This document shows positions 36,149 to 39,568 of a stretch of DNA of 39,568 bases, in pieces. The notes beneath the pieces were generated by a model. It did no database searches. It worked only from the letters and a program-made list of their open reading frames with translations, and was not told where the DNA came from. Origin of the DNA: an uncultured Candidatus Saccharibacteria bacterium (GTDB taxonomy: Bacteria > Patescibacteriota > WWE3 > 2-01-FULL-39-13 > JAACPI01); contig CAYSYH010000004.1 in assembly GCA_964435455.1 (NCBI GenBank), positions 1 to 39,568 on the forward strand, given 5' to 3'. Position numbers and translations under genes: made by a program. Position 1 is the stretch's first letter. Each line of letters opens with the position of its first letter.

Positions 36149-37481
36149 TATCTAAATATTTTTTTATAACAACGCTTTTTATATTTTTGGTATTTCCTGT
36201 AAAGACTCCTACAATAGGATCTTTTTGTATATCTTTTCTTATCTTTTCTATATATTTGTTGACTTGGGTTTTATTTAGTTTTTCTTGGGCTTTTATTATA
36301 TCTTTAGGTGTAATTATAAATTTATTGTAGTAATAATTTCTTACTAATGAGTATAATATTTTTTTATGTTCACCTGTACTTAGCATTACTTTATTTTTTA
36401 AATGATTTTTCCAATATTCCAATGTTTTTTTAGAAATATTTGCCTTTAGTAATTTCTCCGTCTCTTTTTTGAATATATTTAATACATTATTTACATTTTT
36501 AGGAGGTACCTCTAATGTTATTGTTGCAATACTAAAATAATGTTGTTTCCATATATCAAACCAATATCCATATACCAAACCACTTTTTTCTCTTAAAGAT
36601 CTCCATAAATACGAACTTTCTGCTGTGACATATATACTACTAATTACATTTTCTATAGTTAAGTTTTTAAGAGCTACTTCTTTATTTTTGGGTTTATGTG
36701 TATTTTTAAATAATTTTGATATAGAAAATACGGTGTTATTAGATAATTTACTAGGTTTTATCACTACTCTTTTTGGGATAGCATATTTATATTTTTTAAA
36801 TTTTGTTTTGATTTCATAATCTTTGCCTTTATTTAAATATATATTTTCAGAAAAATCCTCTATAAGCCTTATTACTTCCTTTTCTTTTATGTTTCCAGAG
36901 ATACCAAAAATCATATTTTGGTTATTTAATAATTTATAATGTTCTTTTAAGTCTGCAATATTAATGTTATTTAAATCTTTCTTTGTGCCTAGTATGCTAT
37001 TAACATAAGGGGTGTTTTTTTTAAAATAATCTTTAAGTTCGTATTGTGCAAGAATACTAAAAATATTATTATTTCTCTTACTTATTTCGTCTTTTATTAT
37101 GCTTCTTTCTGTTTCTACTTCTTTATAATCAAATTTAATCTGGGTAAAATCTTCTTTTAATGTTTCAAAAACATATTTAATCTGGTTATATGGGGCATCT
37201 AGGTAATAAGTTATTAAATCGTAGCTTGTTGACGCATTTTTATAAATTCCCTTAATTTCTGTTTCTTTTAATCTTCTTTCTTTTGTTTTTGTTTTTGTGG
37301 ATAAACCTAAAAAACAATGTTCTAAAAAATGGGCTAATCCTGGCTTTTTACCAAACATAGCTCCAGCTCTTATTATAATATATACACTTGTATATAATGT
37401 ATTAGTATCCTTAAATATTAAATATCTTAGTCCTCTTTTTGTCTTTCCTTTTATGTGTTTAAAATCCAATGTTTTTGTCAT
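36141..37481 (-). CDS. Peptidase M16 (pitrilysin) family zinc protease
   Basis: GLAHFLEH (HxxEH), NASTS, ER..I..E, LRE..GLVY. Confidence 0.88.
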   Translation of the reverse strand: MTKTLDFKHIKGKTKRGLRYLIFKDTNTLYTSVYIIIRAGAMFGKKPGLAHFLEHCFLGLSTKTKTKERRLKETEIKGIYKNASTSYDLITYYLDAPYNQIKYVFETLKEDFTQIKFDYKEVETERSIIKDEISKRNNNIFSILAQYELKDYFKKNTPYVNSILGTKKDLNNINIADLKEHYKLLNNQNMIFGISGNIKEKEVIRLIEDFSENIYLNKGKDYEIKTKFKKYKYAIPKRVVIKPSKLSNNTVFSISKLFKNTHKPKNKEVALKNLTIENVISSIYVTAESSYLWRSLREKSGLVYGYWFDIWKQHYFSIATITLEVPPKNVNNVLNIFKKETEKLLKANISKKTLEYWKNHLKNKVMLSTGEHKKILYSLVRNYYYNKFIITPKDIIKAQEKLNKTQVNKYIEKIRKDIQKDPIVGVFTGNTKNIKSVVIKKYLDIK

Positions 37482-37514
37482 ACAATATACTTAATACTTA
37501 ATTTATACTTGCCT

Positions 37515-38690
37515 ATGTTAATAAAACTGTATGACTTTTTAATTGCTCTTCTTATCTTATCAGGCTTAGCTGTTATTGTATATATATTTATAAATAAAGA
37601 TGTATTATTTAGTAAAAAAGAGATTACAAAAAAAAACAATGTCTTTGTTGAAAATTTATATCCTGTACAATTAAAAGTATCCCCATTTTGGCTAAAATAT
37701 TCTACACCTGTTCGTAATAAAAAATTCTTTTCTTTTAACAATAAAAAAGACCATCTTATATACGCGGCAGATTTAAATGATCCCTCACAAATGATTTTGG
37801 TAGGCGATTATGTAATAGTTACAGAACCTAAATCAGGAAACATTGTAGTTTTATTAGACAATAATAAAGATAACTCCGCAGACGAAAAATTTATTTTTGA
37901 AAGTGGACTAAGATACCCATATGGATTGGCTTATTATAAAAATGATTTATATGTGGCTGCAGAAGGTTCTATTTTAGTTTATAAAAACTTTTTAAAACAA
38001 CTTAAAAATTCTACTGCAAAATCAGATATATTGGTTTCGGAATTACCTACAGGAAGCCTTGGAAAATTAAGGCCTTTATTAGTAGGCCCTAATGAAAAAA
38101 TATATGTAGCTGTTGGTTCTAGTTGTAATTCTTGTATAGAAGAGGATAAACGAAGGGCTTCTGTTGTAACTTATAATTTGGATGGTTCTAACGAGGAGAT
38201 ATTTGCATTTGGCTTTAGAAATCCCACTGATCTAGAGTATCGTTTGGGGTTTATTTATCTTTTAGAAGAAAGTATGCGTTCTTCAAAGATTCCTATACCT
38301 CACGAACTAAATAAGCTAAAAAAGAATTCTTTTTATGGTTGGCCAGCTTTGTATGGTAATAATGTTCCTATACCCGAAACTCCTTTTGAGGCCTTTAAAC
38401 TTAAAAATGCGGTTCCTCCTTTGTTAACATTTGAACCAAACTTTATACCTTCGGGATTAGGATATGTTAATAATAGTAAATATTCTGGTTTTCTTATTTC
38501 TTTAAACTCCTTAAAAGAATCAAAAATACTCTATTACGATTTAAACGAGACTACCAAAGATCTTTTTGTTTGGAAAGACTCAGTTAATAAAGATACCTTT
38601 GTCCCACGTATCCAAGATATAATACCTTATAAAAAAGGTATCCTTGTTGCAGATTCAAAAAATGGCCTTATTTATTATCTTGCTTTTTAG
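37515..38690 (+). CDS. Membrane-anchored PQQ-dependent sugar/sorbosone dehydrogenase-like beta-propeller
   Basis: GL..PYGLA, GP...IYVAVGSSCNSC.E.D.RRA, FA.G.RNP, YGWP; start re-assigned to ATG 37515. Confidence 0.8.
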   Translation: MLIKLYDFLIALLILSGLAVIVYIFINKDVLFSKKEITKKNNVFVENLYPVQLKVSPFWLKYSTPVRNKKFFSFNNKKDHLIYAADLNDPSQMILVGDYVIVTEPKSGNIVVLLDNNKDNSADEKFIFESGLRYPYGLAYYKNDLYVAAEGSILVYKNFLKQLKNSTAKSDILVSELPTGSLGKLRPLLVGPNEKIYVAVGSSCNSCIEEDKRRASVVTYNLDGSNEEIFAFGFRNPTDLEYRLGFIYLLEESMRSSKIPIPHELNKLKKNSFYGWPALYGNNVPIPETPFEAFKLKNAVPPLLTFEPNFIPSGLGYVNNSKYSGFLISLNSLKESKILYYDLNETTKDLFVWKDSVNKDTFVPRIQDIIPYKKGILVADSKNGLIYYLAF

Positions 38691-38985
38691 ATTCGGAGGA
38701 TTGTATTATTTTTTTTATTTCTTTAAGCTGTTTTTCTATATTGTTTAGTAATGTTTTTACAGAAAATTCGTTTAAATCTATTTGCTCCTCTGTAAAATAT
38801 GCTAAAGGCTTTTTTGTTATTTTAGATAATAATTTTAGAGTTTTTAATGGAGGTATAGCTCTGCCAGATTCATAGCTCGATATTGCTTTATCTGATAGGT
38901 TTAGAGCCTCCCCCAATTCTTTTTGCGACATTTTAGATTCTTTTCTAGCTTTTTTTATTCTAAAAGCAATAGACTTTTTATCCAT
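38668..38985 (-). CDS. XRE family HTH transcriptional regulator
   Basis: RIK.AR....MSQ.EL...L.LS...IS.YE.G...P; promoter TTGTAT-17-TAAAAT-6 nt-ATG on the minus strand. Confidence 0.9.
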   Translation of the reverse strand: MDKKSIAFRIKKARKESKMSQKELGEALNLSDKAISSYESGRAIPPLKTLKLLSKITKKPLAYFTEEQIDLNEFSVKTLLNNIEKQLKEIKKIIQSSESKKQDNK

Positions 38986-39057
38986 GGCTAGATTTTAGTT
39001 TAAATTTTTATAAAATACAAGATTTAATAATGTTATATATCATTTATTAATTTTACT

Positions 39058-39091
39058 TTGACAAATAATACATATTGATTAAAATCAATAT
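39058..39091 (+). promoter_or_regulatory. Sigma70 promoter overlapped by a 9-2-9 ArsR-type operator
   Basis: TTGACA(39058)-16 nt-TAAAAT-6 nt-ATG; palindrome ATATTGATT-AA-AATCAATAT at 39072-39091. Confidence 0.75.
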
Positions 39092-39352
39092 ATGCGGAAA
39101 ATTTGTAAAAGTTGTATTTTAGCTTTAGGAAATAAACAAAGATTAAAAATTTATTACTTATTGGAAGAGTATTCTAACGGGCTAGATGTTGGATCTATTT
39201 GCAAAAATTTAAATATTAAACAACCTACAGTTTCTCATCATTTAAGTGTGTTAAAATCTGTAGGTTTGTTAAACTCTTTTAAAAGCGGAAAGTTTGTTTT
39301 TTACAAAATTTCTTCCGTTTGTCCGCATACAAAGAGTAAATGTGTTTTGTAA
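39092..39352 (+). CDS. Cys-rich ArsR/SmtB family regulator
   Basis: ALG...RL.I, QPTVSHHL.VL..VGL, GK.V.Y; CKSC at the N-terminus and CPHTKSKC at the C-terminus. Confidence 0.9.
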   Translation: MRKICKSCILALGNKQRLKIYYLLEEYSNGLDVGSICKNLNIKQPTVSHHLSVLKSVGLLNSFKSGKFVFYKISSVCPHTKSKCVL

Positions 39353-39367
39353 TAATTTAAAAACTTT

Positions 39368-39568
39368 ATGTTAAATATAAAAAATCTAAAAGTAAAAAGA
39401 GAGAAAAATTTAATTTTAAATGGATTAAATTTGCAAATTAATCCTAATACTGTGCATGTAATTATGGGTCCAAATGGATCTGGTAAAAGTACCTTAGCCA
39501 ATACTTTAATGGGGGATCCTAATTTAAAAATTGTGGGAGGATCTATAATTTTAGATTCACATGATATT
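39368..39568 (+). CDS. sufC: Fe-S cluster assembly ATPase SufC (truncated by window end)
   Basis: Hand-translated MLNIKNLKV...ILNGLNL.I....VHVIMGPNGSGKSTLANTLMG.P...I.GGSI, the typical SufC N-terminus; not in the ORF track. Confidence 0.85.
   Translation, partial: MLNIKNLKVKREKNLILNGLNLQINPNTVHVIMGPNGSGKSTLANTLMGDPNLKIVGGSIILDSHDI

Noticed and set aside
4622-37514. ORF-track starts at 4729, 4672, 29898, 32458, 34009 and 37455
   Set aside because: They create overlaps or non-homologous extensions. Downstream ATGs fit family N-termini and/or the -10 box spacing.
2972-39501. Short antisense or alternate-frame ORFs in the track (e.g. 2972-3175, 6539-6949, 7055-7339, 12981-13373, 16821-17228, 21897-22184, 31922-32320, 33336-33650, 35698-36051, 39301-39501)
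   Set aside because: They lie within well-supported genes, have no motifs, and look like shadow ORFs.
1-39568. UGA recoding (code 25, as in Gracilibacteria/Absconditabacteria)
   Set aside because: All conserved genes are full length under code 11, and ruvC ends at TGA in a normal ATGA overlap.

Overview
Very AT-rich, gene-dense bacterial chromosome segment read with the standard genetic code. Gene content and order (rplQ-rplM-rpsI with no truA between them, tandem greA ahead of lysS, ruvC-ruvA-ruvB, VanW, several membrane hypotheticals, no evident Shine-Dalgarno sites) suggest a Patescibacteria/CPR genome, probably Microgenomates/WWE3-like; this is inference. The window is mostly housekeeping: ribosomal proteins, gltX, lysS, serS, pgi, sod, a phosphohexomutase, mgtE, gdhA, uppP, secA, prmC, ruvCAB, the start of sufC, and tRNA-Glu(CUC). 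I found no CRISPR array, transposase, integrase or prophage. The most interesting signals are non-coding or very small. (1) serS has a T-box riboswitch with an ultrashort Stem I and a Ser (AGC) specifier, but no terminator or SD platform. (2) About 300 nt of structured RNA-like sequence follows tRNA-Glu, with RNase P-like (alternatively group I intron-like) motifs. (3) An unannotated 25-aa amphipathic peptide gene has its own -10 box and terminator. (4) Two ArsR genes carry palindromic operators; one encodes a Cys-rich protein and heads the suf genes. (5) Leaderless -10/6-nt/ATG promoters recur. (6) Several enzymes appear to have lost catalytic residues.
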